Below, one piece after another: positions 1-10,321 of a stretch of DNA of 64,000 nt. Position numbers and translations under genes: made by a program. Origin of the DNA: Patescibacteria group bacterium (GTDB taxonomy: Bacteria; Patescibacteriota; Patescibacteriia; JAHIZJ01); assembly GCA_041661625.1 (NCBI GenBank), contig JBAZUB010000003.1:69004-133003 (forward strand), written 5' to 3'. Position 1 is the stretch's first letter, and each line of letters begins with the position of its first letter. The notes below the pieces were generated by a model. It was not told the origin of the DNA. It saw only the letters and a program-made list of their open reading frames with translations, and searched no databases.

Positions 1-1
1 T

Positions 2-2143
2 CTGCCGGAGATCTTGGTGCGCGAGGATCAAACCCAGCCGGTACTTCCGTGCACCCGAGAGGATCTGCTCCATCGTCGGCGTGATGAAGTTCTGGAATTC
101 GTCGATGTAGACGTAGAACGGGCGGCGCTCGGCTTCGGCCACCTCTTGACGGCTCATTGCGATCTGCTGAAGCTTGGAGACGAGGAGACTGCCGAGAAGG
201 TGCGCGTTCTCCTCGCCGATCGCACCCTGGGAAAGCCGAGCGAGCAGGATCTTCCCCCCGTCCATCATCCGGCGGAAGTCGAGACGATCGTCCTTCTGCG
301 CGACCATGTACCGGATGAGCTTCGGCCGAAGGAAGGTATCGAGACGGGTGAGGATAGATGCCTGCGGGCTCCCTCTGAGGAGGGAGAACTCCTTCTGCCA
401 GTAGTACACGACGTCAGGATCGCGAACGGTTGCGAGGAATTCTTCTCGGAAACCCTTCTCGACCAGGAACCGACGCAGATCGATCAGAGTCCCGCCCCGG
501 TCGCTTTCAAGGAAGGCGAGGATCGCGTTCCCGAGGACCGATGTCATCTGATCGCCCCACGAGGTGGAGAGTCTCCGGAAGACGGAGGCGAGATCGGAAG
601 AGAGGAGCGTCTTTTCGAGTTCTGAGTGCGCCGAGAGGATGTTGAACCCCACCGGGAATTCGGCATCGGCCGGATCCAAGAGGATGACGTCGTCGATCCG
701 TTCTTCCGGCACTCGCTCCAGGATCTGGTCGATGAGATCACCATGCGGATCCAGAACGGCGATACCCTGGCCTGTCTTCAGATCCTGAAGGATGAGGTTC
801 AGAAGGAGCGTGGACTTCCCCGTGCCCGATGCGCCGATGACGTACATGTGCCGTGATCGCTGGTCCGCAGTGAGCGCCACTTGCGCGGTTTTTCCGGCGT
901 GGACATTCGCGCCGAGGAGTAATCCCTGTCCGGTGGCAATTGCCGGTGCGGCCCGTGTCTTCCGTTCCTCGCGTTTCAGTTTCTCGACACGCACGGAGGC
1001 CGAGGGCGGGTGAACCAGGGAGACGAGCTCCTCAGTCGAGAGGATCATTCCGCTCCGATGGCTCTTGCGGAGCAACAAATCCGACTGGTGCTCGGCGTCA
1101 TCGTACCCGTCGTTTGCTAGCGGCATGAACTCGTTCCCGGCCGGGTTGGCGAAGCTTCTGAGGCTACCACCGACCGCGCGGGCGATCTCCCAGGCGCGAC
1201 CCAGGTCCGGGCTCTTCACGCCGATCCGAACGACCGCCGCGAGGAGTGGATGCGCGATCTTGACCTTGGCAGCAGCGGCGATCTCCGGTGCATCCTCGAA
1301 GAAAGCTTTCCCCTCGTGATCCAGAACCGCCCGCATCATACTCTTGGCCCACGGATGACGGACCGCCTGGAAGAGCACTTGCACGACGGCTACTTCACCC
1401 ATTTCGAGGTCCGAATGCGCCGAAACGACACCGATCAGGGGATCGATCTCGAAACCCTTGAAGGTGCGAAGCGGCAGCATGAATTCGTGGGAGAGCCCGA
1501 AGTCGACCAAGATCGCGGCTCCATCCGGCGACGCTTCCCAAGTCGACCGGAGGAAGTCGTTCTCCTGGGTCAGAACGACTTCGGGAAAGTAGCCCTTGAG
1601 CTGCTGTGACACCTTCGCCGCGTCGGTCTCCCGAACGGCCAAATGGACCATGATCGAATCAGGTAGGCCGACGACCTCGAACGACAGCGGGCCGGCCGCG
1701 ATCGGAAGACTCGCGAGAAACTGCTCGACCGCCTCCCGAGAGACTTTGAGCGGAGGAGGGACCGAAAGCTTCAGTTCGACGATCGGGGAATCGTCATCAT
1801 CAACCTCGACTTCCGGCGTCTCGGGCTCCAGTTCGTCGAAATCCCACGACACCGTTGGCCGACGCTTGCCGGTGACGATCCGTTCGATACCCTCCGTGAT
1901 TCGGGAGACGAGCGTGGGTCTGCGTCCATCGTCGGTCCCCGGATCACGCGGCGGCACCCAGTGGTACCTGAACGGGACGAATGGCGGCTCGAGTTCGACC
2001 GGAAACGGGTGGAGAAGCCATCCTCGGCCGCGCTTCTCCCAGTCGTAGAACTGGGTGGTGAGACGTTCGACCTGGCTCGGTGCATATTCGTCGGCCGAGG
2101 TCTGGTCATCCTCCCAGGGGACGATGTCCCGTTCGTCCACCAT
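2..2143 (-). CDS. Type IV secretion coupling protein / TraD-TrwB-HerA-like ATPase (3' end runs off the window)
   Basis: Not in the ORF track; manual minus-strand translation from ATG 2143 (MVDERDIVPWEDD...QFYDWEKRGRGW) gives Walker A RHMYVIGASGTGKST and Walker B FYVYIDEFQNF...LSGARKYRLGLILAHQ. Confidence 0.85.
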   Translation of the reverse strand, partial: MVDERDIVPWEDDQTSADEYAPSQVERLTTQFYDWEKRGRGWLLHPFPVELEPPFVPFRYHWVPPRDPGTDDGRRPTLVSRITEGIERIVTGKRRPTVSWDFDELEPETPEVEVDDDDSPIVELKLSVPPPLKVSREAVEQFLASLPIAAGPLSFEVVGLPDSIMVHLAVRETDAAKVSQQLKGYFPEVVLTQENDFLRSTWEASPDGAAILVDFGLSHEFMLPLRTFKGFEIDPLIGVVSAHSDLEMGEVAVVQVLFQAVRHPWAKSMMRAVLDHEGKAFFEDAPEIAAAAKVKIAHPLLAAVVRIGVKSPDLGRAWEIARAVGGSLRSFANPAGNEFMPLANDGYDDAEHQSDLLLRKSHRSGMILSTEELVSLVHPPSASVRVEKLKREERKTRAAPAIATGQGLLLGANVHAGKTAQVALTADQRSRHMYVIGASGTGKSTLLLNLILQDLKTGQGIAVLDPHGDLIDQILERVPEERIDDVILLDPADAEFPVGFNILSAHSELEKTLLSSDLASVFRRLSTSWGDQMTSVLGNAILAFLESDRGGTLIDLRRFLVEKGFREEFLATVRDPDVVYYWQKEFSLLRGSPQASILTRLDTFLRPKLIRYMVAQKDDRLDFRRMMDGGKILLARLSQGAIGEENAHLLGSLLVSKLQQIAMSRQEVAEAERRPFYVYIDEFQNFITPTMEQILSGARKYRLGLILAHQDLRQ

Positions 2144-2151
2144 CGTTCATC

Positions 2152-2862
2152 CTACCTGCGCAGAAGATCCCGCATGATCGGCTTCTTTTCGTCCTCGGTC
2201 ATCGCCCTCAGGCCCTTCGCCGTGGTGACAGCGTCGATCGACTCGTTCACCGCCGCGCTGACGGCGGACTGGAACATGAGTTTCGTGTCGATACGGTAGT
2301 AGGTCTCGGGGCGGAAGAAGTGCTCATATAGAGGACCTAGAAGCGGGACAGCCAGGATAGGGTCATCCGGATCCATGTCGAAAAGCCGTGTGATCCCTCG
2401 ATAGATAAGGTAGACCACGATGATCGTTGCCAGCGTGATGAGCAGCCGGATGAGCAGGCCTGGTCCATAGCGGTGGAACATCTGAACCCACAGGCGGGAG
2501 ACGACCTTGCCGACGCCGCTGCGAAGAACGAAGTATCCGATGATCGCACCAAGCAGGATGGCCCAGCAAAGGACCCGGTTCGGCCGTTTCTCGCCGAGCC
2601 ACCAAGAAAAGAAGTACCCGGTGCCGTAGGGTGCCGCGCAGAGGTCGAACGCCAGCTTCTGGCGGGTGAAGCGAAGGTACTCACGCTTGGCGGAGAGCGT
2701 CCCGCCCTCGTGGAGGTCGACCCGGGATACTGAGACGTCCGGAATCTGACGCTGTTGCACGGCGGCCTCGACCGAGGCGTAGAAATCCATGGCCGAAGTT
2801 TGGAATCCATCGAACGGCTTGTGCCAGTGCGAGAACATGTTGGCCAGCAAGGTCTTCGCCAT
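2152..2862 (-). CDS. Hypothetical membrane protein, directly upstream of the T4CP-like gene
   Basis: 236-aa ORF with two hydrophobic segments, GGGAGGGGAG SD-like site, 8-bp gap to the T4CP-like start. Confidence 0.7.
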   Translation of the reverse strand: MAKTLLANMFSHWHKPFDGFQTSAMDFYASVEAAVQQRQIPDVSVSRVDLHEGGTLSAKREYLRFTRQKLAFDLCAAPYGTGYFFSWWLGEKRPNRVLCWAILLGAIIGYFVLRSGVGKVVSRLWVQMFHRYGPGLLIRLLITLATIIVVYLIYRGITRLFDMDPDDPILAVPLLGPLYEHFFRPETYYRIDTKLMFQSAVSAAVNESIDAVTTAKGLRAMTEDEKKPIMRDLLRR

Positions 2863-3124
2863 CTCCCCTCCCCATTGTGAACCGACAATCTCGATTAGGC
2901 ATTTCCCAGGCTAGTCCCCGACGCGCCGCAACGCAACCGCCAAGTGTTGCCCGTACCTAGACTCCCACTCCCCGTACTCCGGGACCGCGGAACAGAGGAA
3001 GGCAGAAGGCGGTGTCGTCGAAAACGAGGGAAAGAGCCCCTCGTTGGGGATGGGGAACGGTACTCCCAAAGAGCCGAGGAAGTCGGAACTACCGGGGGAC
3101 GGCGCACGACTATATTGAAGTCCG

Positions 3125-4276
3125 CTAGCTTCTCTTGAAGAGCAGGACATGCTCATGGGTTATTCTACTATTCCGAACATTGAACGAGCGCTTCGTCGCC
3201 TGAAGCGTACGAATCCATCTCTCTTCCAGAGGCATACCATGATTTCGAAACAGTTTGATGAATGTGTCACCCACAGGCACAGCGCGCTTATTGACGATCG
3301 CATCTCCGACAACAAACAAACACCTGCCACCCGGACGCAACACCCTGGACCACTCGCGCAGGCAATTCTCCATATCGGTAAAGTACTTGTCTGCGGTGGC
3401 CTTCGGCCGGGTGAACTCGTCGTGGCTTCCAATCTCGAGGTCACGAGCAAATGCGACGTCCCCGTCTAACCAGTGAATGCGTTGGCGGTGATACTTGTGA
3501 TAGTCATAGGCGTTCAGGTAAGGAGGCGATGTGACGATCAGAGTCACGCTCCGATCCCGAATGAATGGCACTTTGCGGGCATCAGCCAGCTTGAGTGTCA
3601 CTTTGGCGCGCGGCCCTCGTGGAGCGTCATCCAACCTTCTTACCGTGTCCAGCAGTCGAAGACGGAACAGCGAACCGACGTCCGCAACGGTCACGTCTCG
3701 TGGCACTCGCGCATATCTTGTGTCGCTATCCTGAAAGGAGACGCGCACAATAATGGACGAAAAGATGGACTGAAGCAAAACCTTCTCGGGTTGTTTCTCG
3801 CTAAGTATCAGTCCTTTGAGAGCCGCGAGCCGGTCCATGATGTCCTTGGTGAACCAATAGGGAACATGGTCGTTGCTCGGTATCAACTCCGGCCGGGCAA
3901 CCGCTGCAGTCAGCCAGTTCTCTACGGACTCTGCAAAGATCCGTAAACGGCTGATACTGCGCTTTGTATAGTGAAGAGTCTTGGCTCGGCTCACCAGTAT
4001 AGCAATGTCGTTATTGTCTGTCCCGATTGACGGCCGTCCAAGAATGCTGGCCTCGAGCAAGGTAGTACCGCACCCGCAAAACGGGTCGTATACCAGTTCT
4101 CCGGGCTTGCTCCACTGCTCGATCGCCTTTCGCGGTATCTGCGGAATAAACCGGGCAGGATAGGGATGCAGAGAATGAAGGTGCTCCTGCGTGTCGACAC
4201 CATGGAAATTCCAGCCCTTCCCGTTTGTGACGAGAGCGCCTTCATCTGCTGTTGTGTATATTGCTCGGCGTTCCAT
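3125..4276 (-). CDS. DNA methyltransferase, amino-type (probable N4-cytosine)
   Basis: HSLHPYPARFIPQI, motif I YDPFCGCGTT, catalytic LIVTSPPY; start could be 4294 or 4276. Confidence 0.88.
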   Translation of the reverse strand: MERRAIYTTADEGALVTNGKGWNFHGVDTQEHLHSLHPYPARFIPQIPRKAIEQWSKPGELVYDPFCGCGTTLLEASILGRPSIGTDNNDIAILVSRAKTLHYTKRSISRLRIFAESVENWLTAAVARPELIPSNDHVPYWFTKDIMDRLAALKGLILSEKQPEKVLLQSIFSSIIVRVSFQDSDTRYARVPRDVTVADVGSLFRLRLLDTVRRLDDAPRGPRAKVTLKLADARKVPFIRDRSVTLIVTSPPYLNAYDYHKYHRQRIHWLDGDVAFARDLEIGSHDEFTRPKATADKYFTDMENCLREWSRVLRPGGRCLFVVGDAIVNKRAVPVGDTFIKLFRNHGMPLEERWIRTLQATKRSFNVRNSRITHEHVLLFKRS

Positions 4277-4278
4277 GG

Positions 4279-5898
4279 TTATGCTTTGAAACACAAGATT
4301 GTCTCGGCCGACCCCCGATTCTCCCGAAAGATATCACGCGACACTAGCAGCTCCATCGGGATCATTTCAAGGCCCTTCCAGCCAACCTGTTGTCCAATCG
4401 CAAACAGGAATCGGTCGGTAGGAATCTCCACCTTCTCACCGTTTACGGTGCTGCTGTTGTTCCCGACTACATAATACGCGTAGCTCCCCGGGGCCATGAG
4501 TGATCGCGCTGAGCGCATGGCATCGCTCATGGCGAGGAAGTATCGAGCCAGCAACGAGGGCAGGTTACGTCTACGAAAGCCGACATCCGGACCGTGGTTG
4601 TGCGACGCAATTCGCTCGATCAGTGAGATGGTTTCGCGAGGCAGTTCCTTCTTTCGGGTCTCGAACTGGCTCCATCCCTGGAGTCGTTCCTTGTCAGTGA
4701 TCTCTCGCGTGCCTACCATCAAGCTCTCAACATCCCCATGGCGTTGTCGCGAGAGGAGGCCAAGGACGACAAGGCTAAGCCTATCCGTGTCAATGTAAGG
4801 CAAGGCTGTCGCGTATGGAGGCGACGTCACCAGCAAATCGACCTTCCCCACATACTCGGGGAAAAGCTCATCAAGTTGCACCGCGTTGCCCTGCACGACT
4901 TTGAGGGTTCGCTTTCGGGACCGTGGAAGTACACAGAGGTACGGATAGATCCGGTCGGTCTGCTCCTCCACCTGGGTCCGAAACTTCTCCAGTGCTGCTC
5001 CCTGAAGATACGGTCTGACGTCCTTACGAACGCGGAGGTCCACCTCCTTTTGCCAGGATACTGAGCGCACGATCTCGCTCAGGCAGACTCGTAGGAAATC
5101 TCGGTAGAGAGCGGAATCGACTCTTTCTATGCTTCGTAAAATAGCCGCGATGTCCTTGAGGGCGGGTTCTGCAAACCACCGGCGCAGGTACGCAAGATCG
5201 TGCCCTTGCCAGAAGTGGTCGGGTTCGGAGTCCCGGAACTTCAGTTTGCGAAGGTATGCGTCGATGGTCTCGGCGAACACCTCGGGGCGTTCGCGGACAA
5301 TGCCAGCTTTCACCTTGGCAATAAGGACCGAGAGCGGGTTCAGGTCCGCTGCCAAAGCGGCGCGGCCGGCTGCTACTGTCTCGCATGGTGTTGTGCCGCT
5401 GCCGCACATCGGATCGAGGACTAGGCCGTCATCCGGCACCCCGGATATGTTCATCAGACTGCGAACGAGTTGGGGGAAGAACTTCCCCCGATATTCATGC
5501 AGGTCGTGAGGCCCGTAGCGAAGCCTTCGTGCCCGGTGAAGTTCGGTCTTCTCCGTGGTGCTCTCAGATCCGTTCTGAGTGAACTCAAGTGCGTTCTGCA
5601 CCGTAGGTTCAAGAACGGTTGTGCCGACCCGTTGCCAGTAGGTCAGGCGTTCCCGGAAGTACTGAACAGGTCGTCCTGAACGAACAAGGTGAAGGCCATA
5701 CTTCTCGGCAACCGGGCCGTCTCCCTGGAGAAGGGCTTGCAGTTCGCGAGTGGCCAGCTCGCGCTCGAATGGTTGGAGATAGGGTTTCATCTCAAACTTC
5801 AGTGAGTCCTTGTCGTTGGCGAGCAGCAACGGAGGGAAAATCGAAAATCTCCGCTGAATCATGTTCGCGATATCTATTGGCATCATGCGTTTTGGCAT
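4279..5898 (-). CDS. DNA methyltransferase, amino-type (probable N4-cytosine), with N-terminal extension
   Basis: HDLHEYRGKFFPQLV, motif I LDPMCGSGTT, catalytic LLVTSPPY. Confidence 0.88.
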   Translation of the reverse strand: MPKRMMPIDIANMIQRRFSIFPPLLLANDKDSLKFEMKPYLQPFERELATRELQALLQGDGPVAEKYGLHLVRSGRPVQYFRERLTYWQRVGTTVLEPTVQNALEFTQNGSESTTEKTELHRARRLRYGPHDLHEYRGKFFPQLVRSLMNISGVPDDGLVLDPMCGSGTTPCETVAAGRAALAADLNPLSVLIAKVKAGIVRERPEVFAETIDAYLRKLKFRDSEPDHFWQGHDLAYLRRWFAEPALKDIAAILRSIERVDSALYRDFLRVCLSEIVRSVSWQKEVDLRVRKDVRPYLQGAALEKFRTQVEEQTDRIYPYLCVLPRSRKRTLKVVQGNAVQLDELFPEYVGKVDLLVTSPPYATALPYIDTDRLSLVVLGLLSRQRHGDVESLMVGTREITDKERLQGWSQFETRKKELPRETISLIERIASHNHGPDVGFRRRNLPSLLARYFLAMSDAMRSARSLMAPGSYAYYVVGNNSSTVNGEKVEIPTDRFLFAIGQQVGWKGLEMIPMELLVSRDIFRENRGSAETILCFKA

Positions 5899-6896
5899 TG
5901 TGACACGTGATATGAAGCGTTGATCGCTTCGATCGGTGTCTTGTCGGATCCAAATGGCAGAGGGATGTCCCGCATTTGAAAAGCGGGAATATCCATCGGC
6001 AGCGTCCTCAAGTGTGATCGATATGCGGCCAGCCTGTCCGAACCAGCGGCGCGTATGGCGTCGTCCGTCTCTCTCAACAGGAGCGTCTCTACCTGGGCCG
6101 AAACCAGTGGCGAATGGATCGGTTTATCGCGAGCCGTTCTCTTAGCCGTGCCCATATAGGCGTCGATCTTGCCAGAAATGGCGAAGTCGCACCATCCGAT
6201 GGGAAGTGCGTCCGCGCAAGCAGCGATGATAGTGCCAATCCCCGGAGGGAAGAGCTCGGCATGCTCCAGTACCAGTAACGCTCGCAGTCGGAAATACTCC
6301 ATACTGATATATCCCAAACGAGGGCACTTTGCCGGGGCGACGATGTCAGTGGCAAGGTCTTCAGCGAGAGTTGGTGTCAGTTGGCCTGCCGAGCGAATGA
6401 CCTCGACGGCCAGCGCCATGGACAGGGTGAGTTCCGATTTCATTCGATGCCGTAGCATCGTCGCGCTGACGTCCTTGTCGTAAATCAGCCCGTCAGTTTG
6501 CCGCTTGTTCAGCAGAAGCGCGGAGTACCTAACGTGATCGATGCCGTTGGGGCGTAGCTGGCGCTCGATCCACCATCGGGTATGAATGGCATGGATGGTT
6601 GGTTGGAGGTACTGTCCTCCGAAGTGGTATAACTGATTGCCGTATTGTTCTGAGTAGGCAACTGGGACATCGTTGACCGTGAGAAGTTCCTCCATGATGC
6701 CGAGCCAGTCGTGCCGAATGTGTCCATCCAATACCAGGTCGATGAGCGACGCCTGCAGGCAGACGGAAGCGGCTGCCAAACCGTGGTCAGCCTGCTGGAT
6801 TGCATTCTCGCGCCATTCTTTCAGGTAAGCGGCATGGATTGGCAGAATGAAGCCCGGAGCTAGCGTGATCTGGGGTGTAATAATGTGTTCAGGCAT
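5883..6896 (-). CDS. Hypothetical, mostly helical protein in the MTase operon
   Basis: ~337-aa ORF overlapping both neighbours; no family motif recognised with confidence. Confidence 0.75.
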   Translation of the reverse strand: MPEHIITPQITLAPGFILPIHAAYLKEWRENAIQQADHGLAAASVCLQASLIDLVLDGHIRHDWLGIMEELLTVNDVPVAYSEQYGNQLYHFGGQYLQPTIHAIHTRWWIERQLRPNGIDHVRYSALLLNKRQTDGLIYDKDVSATMLRHRMKSELTLSMALAVEVIRSAGQLTPTLAEDLATDIVAPAKCPRLGYISMEYFRLRALLVLEHAELFPPGIGTIIAACADALPIGWCDFAISGKIDAYMGTAKRTARDKPIHSPLVSAQVETLLLRETDDAIRAAGSDRLAAYRSHLRTLPMDIPAFQMRDIPLPFGSDKTPIEAINASYHVSQCQNA

Positions 6897-8475
6897 TGTA
6901 AAAAGCCGCACAAGGATCAGGAGCTATCCGGTGAAATACTGCATACATCAGCAAAGGGAAATACCATCTACAGAGAGAGGATGATGCCCAGAAGTCGATA
7001 CGGGCGACGCCGGCTCCGGTGGGCTCGACGTGGGAGTATCTGTCCCCGTAGTTTGCCCGAAGAAGACTCGGTTGTTCGAGGGGCATATCAGCGACGTTGA
7101 GAGCCCACTCCTTTATGGGCAACGATACCTCGATAGTACGGAGTTTGCCGTCACCGCTGTTACCTCCGCGGAGCATCGGCACGCCGTTCTTGAGCGCGGT
7201 CACCACGAGTTCGGGGAAGTACTGGGAACCGACCTTCACTTTCCATGCGTCCAGGCAGTACTGGACCGGAAAGAGGCGTTGTAGCGAGCGGAGCATCAAT
7301 TCAAGACTGGTGCCCTCCGAGGATGTGAATCCCAGAGCGAGCGGACCAGGGCTCGAGTTGAACATCGTTATGAGCTTTTCTTTGGGCGTCGATCCTTCGG
7401 CTAGGTATAGGCCGGCTACATACGACCATAGTGGGTCGATACGAAGCGAGCGGTGAAGTACGACCTCGCTTGATTGTCGCCATTGGCCGACGAGATTATT
7501 GCCTACAGGCGCGAGGCGCAACGGTCGAGTGCAGTTGATTTGACCATAGGGATTATCGGCAAAGAACTGTGCGACGTCAATATGTTCGCCGACCGTGGAA
7601 GGGGTGGCGGCCCATTGGACCAGGCCCGAGCTCGAGGTCTGAGAGTCGCTCAGAATCGAGTCCTCGACCTCATGCATCATCTTCAGGAACAATTCCCCAA
7701 TACCGTTAAGACCGCCGACACCGAGTTCATCCGATCTGCTGGAGCCTCCTGGAAGTCTTGCGCCCTTCTTGAATGGTCGACGGACTGACGCGGCGACTTT
7801 GATATCCGGGCCGATGGGAATGCCGACGGCAGCTATTTGGGCCGTCTTTTCACGCGCGAGAATAATCTCCATCGCGGTCTTGTGCTGGTAGTAGAAAGAA
7901 AGGTGCTCTTCAGGGGTGCCAGGAACGTCCGGGCGCACTTCGGCCAAGTACCGCGAGTCTGGGTCCGTAAGTCTGGCGCGCACTGTGGCGAGGGGGACGG
8001 GAGCAGGGACGTCCGAATTGGCTGTTTCCCGATAATACAATCGGAGCCTATCGGCACCGACGCCGTCCATGAAGTAGGCACTATCCTCGCCAAGGTAGAA
8101 TGTGAAGCGGACCTGGCTCGGAAAGAATTTGCGGAACTGGTCGACCGCAAAACGGATGAGATTCTGTTCCTTTTGGGAAAAGGAAATCGTAGGGACGATC
8201 CGAGTGGTGTCGTGCCTGTCCTCAGACCCTTTCGCTCCGTCACCGCTATAGAGCCCCAAGAAGGCGACCAGCTCTTCATCGAGCTCGACTGTGCGCGGAA
8301 TCGTGACCGTATCGCCGAAGCCATCCTCGCGGCGCAGGACGAGGTTCTCACCCTCAATCGCGAAGGAATACCGCTGGCGGTACTTCCGGTCCTTCGCATC
8401 CGTGATGACGCTCCCGGTGACGAGCCCCTGTACTGCGATCAAGTATTGTTCTGTTCGTAGGTGTCCTAGAATCAC
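6889..8475 (-). CDS. Protein with two LAGLIDADG-like helices (putative endonuclease or DNA-binding protein)
   Basis: LDEELVAFLGLYSGDG..ISFSQKE and IDPLWSYVAGLYLAEG..LGFTSSE resemble LAGLIDADG motifs with their downstream beta-strand signature. Confidence 0.6.
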   Translation of the reverse strand: MILGHLRTEQYLIAVQGLVTGSVITDAKDRKYRQRYSFAIEGENLVLRREDGFGDTVTIPRTVELDEELVAFLGLYSGDGAKGSEDRHDTTRIVPTISFSQKEQNLIRFAVDQFRKFFPSQVRFTFYLGEDSAYFMDGVGADRLRLYYRETANSDVPAPVPLATVRARLTDPDSRYLAEVRPDVPGTPEEHLSFYYQHKTAMEIILAREKTAQIAAVGIPIGPDIKVAASVRRPFKKGARLPGGSSRSDELGVGGLNGIGELFLKMMHEVEDSILSDSQTSSSGLVQWAATPSTVGEHIDVAQFFADNPYGQINCTRPLRLAPVGNNLVGQWRQSSEVVLHRSLRIDPLWSYVAGLYLAEGSTPKEKLITMFNSSPGPLALGFTSSEGTSLELMLRSLQRLFPVQYCLDAWKVKVGSQYFPELVVTALKNGVPMLRGGNSGDGKLRTIEVSLPIKEWALNVADMPLEQPSLLRANYGDRYSHVEPTGAGVARIDFWASSSLCRWYFPLLMYAVFHRIAPDPCAAFYNA

Positions 8476-8797
8476 AGCATCTGTTCCTGTTTAGTATTAA
8501 TAGCCGGCCTGATCCGACCATTCCTTGGCGAAGACGCCGGATATGCTACTGGTCCAAGGCGACCGCCTGTCACCCCTCATGTCGAATCTTCCTGAAGCCC
8601 CTCCAAGCCCATCCCAAGGACTGGGTCGGAATGGCGCGCCGCAGGACATCGGAAGTGGCGCAAGTTACAAAAAATCATCAGCTTACGCCTCTTTATCATA
8701 CCGATTTGTTCGAGCCTAGTCAATCTGCCACAACTCCGTAAGTTAGCGCAACTCAATAGAAAGAGGCTGGTCCTTCGGGGAGCAGCCTCATGGTGGA

Positions 8798-9526
8798 TCA
8801 GAGCGCGAGTGCGCTCCGGAAGGTGCTGGAGAGTCGGAGCCCGGAGTCCATTTGGACCCGCGGACTCCGGGACTTGCTGACTTCGGTGAAGGCGTTGTAG
8901 AGCGACCAGGCGGTCCGGGGAGCAAACTCCTCGTGGGCGGGCGTCTCCCACGCCTCGATCACCTTCGGGAGGTTCGAGGCTGGCAGGACGTCCTGCCGGA
9001 CGGCCTCGACCATGAGGTGGTCAGCCGCCTCGACGGAAAGCTCAAGCGCCTTCATCGCCACGATTTCGGCGTGGATCCGGCTCTGCATTGAGGAGACCTT
9101 CGAGAGCATGCGGTAGATCAGGTCCGGAAGATCCCGAAAGATGTTGATGGTGTGCCTGCGGGTCGCGGCGGCCTCTCCAGAGAAGGCGAGGTTGTCGCAG
9201 ACGAAGACGTGGTGGCCGGCGGTGAGATTTGCAGAGAGGGACCGGTCGTAGCTGTTTCGGAGACCGATCGCGAGGGCGTAGTCGGCGTGCTTCCCGCCGT
9301 TCCGGCAGGTCAGTACCCCGAACATCTGGGCGCCGTCGCGGGCAAGCGCGTAGCAGGCATCGGTGATCGTGAGGCCGAAGCGCGGAACATGGAGTTCGAC
9401 TTCCTCGACGAACCGGCCGTAGGGCACCGGGACGTAGGAGTCGGTTTCGGAAGGAACAGGGACGGAAGCCAGGTCGGCTTTGGTCGCCTCCCAACCTCCG
9501 CGATGGAGAATGAGCTGACTGGACAT
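8798..9526 (-). CDS. DUF932-like protein (phage/plasmid-associated)
   Basis: IGLRNSYDRS, VFVCDNLAFSG and C-terminal TAWSLYNAFTE motifs. Confidence 0.75.
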   Translation of the reverse strand: MSSQLILHRGGWEATKADLASVPVPSETDSYVPVPYGRFVEEVELHVPRFGLTITDACYALARDGAQMFGVLTCRNGGKHADYALAIGLRNSYDRSLSANLTAGHHVFVCDNLAFSGEAAATRRHTINIFRDLPDLIYRMLSKVSSMQSRIHAEIVAMKALELSVEAADHLMVEAVRQDVLPASNLPKVIEAWETPAHEEFAPRTAWSLYNAFTEVSKSRSPRVQMDSGLRLSSTFRSALAL

Positions 9527-9551
9527 GACGGGGACCTTCCTTTCCAGAGTT

Positions 9552-10205
9552 TCAGATCAGACCGCGTTCACGAAACGACAGGTAGGAGCCGCCGGCGCCG
9601 ATGATCACGTGGTCGATGACCTCGATGCCGAGCATCTCGCCGGTGCGGACCAGCCGATGGGTCATCTCGACGTCGTCTTCCGACGGTTCGGGGTCGCCTG
9701 ACGGGTGGTTATGAGCCAGGAGCATGGAGGCGGCCGCCGCCTGGATGGCGGGTCGGAACACCTCCCGAGGATGGACGATCGATGCATTGAGGCTTCCCAC
9801 ACTCACCGTCTCGAACTTCAGGAGGCGGTGCCGGGTGGTGAGCAGAAGCGTGACGAACATCTCGCGCTTCAAGTCTCCCAGGACGGGACCGACGACCTGC
9901 ACGGCGTCCTGCGCCGTGCGGATGATGAGGTTCTGTTCGGTACGAGGAACGGCTGCGCGGCGCGAGAGCTCGAACGCAGCGAGCACCTGGGTCGCCCGGC
10001 GCCGTCCGATCCCCGGGATCGCGACCAGGTCGGCTGTCCCGGCGTCGGCGATGACATCGAGCGAGCCGAATCGGGAGAGCAACGCCGCGGCCGCGTTTCC
10101 GGAGCAGAGCACGGCGGAAAGCAGGCGCGTCACGGGCCAAGACCGGCAGTCTTCCCGACAGTGGATCAACGGGTCCTCCAGCATCGGGATTGCGGGATCG
10201 ATCAT
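9552..10205 (-). CDS. radC: RadC family JAB-domain protein
   Basis: VHPREVFRPAI, AHNHPSGDPEPSEDD, IDHVII; HhH-like IPGIG; AAGGAGG SD. Confidence 0.92.
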   Translation of the reverse strand: MIDPAIPMLEDPLIHCREDCRSWPVTRLLSAVLCSGNAAAALLSRFGSLDVIADAGTADLVAIPGIGRRRATQVLAAFELSRRAAVPRTEQNLIIRTAQDAVQVVGPVLGDLKREMFVTLLLTTRHRLLKFETVSVGSLNASIVHPREVFRPAIQAAAASMLLAHNHPSGDPEPSEDDVEMTHRLVRTGEMLGIEVIDHVIIGAGGSYLSFRERGLI

Positions 10206-10321
10206 GTGAGCCTCCTTCTTCCGGCAAACGCTCATGCGTTTCCGGCGGGTTGAGAGATCGCTGGGTAGAGAAAGAGGGGGTCTTCAAGCGAAGACCCCGG
10301 GACGAAGTGGAAGGCGGGCGG

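Noticed and set aside
14-2331. Numerous plus-strand ORFs (e.g. 14-625, 1250-1609)
   Set aside because: Antisense shadows of the minus-strand T4CP-like gene and its neighbour in GC-rich DNA; no motifs.
6889-8475. Intein- or intron-encoded homing endonuclease
   Set aside because: No Hint-domain splice motifs (N-terminal Cys, C-terminal His-Asn) and no interrupted host gene seen.
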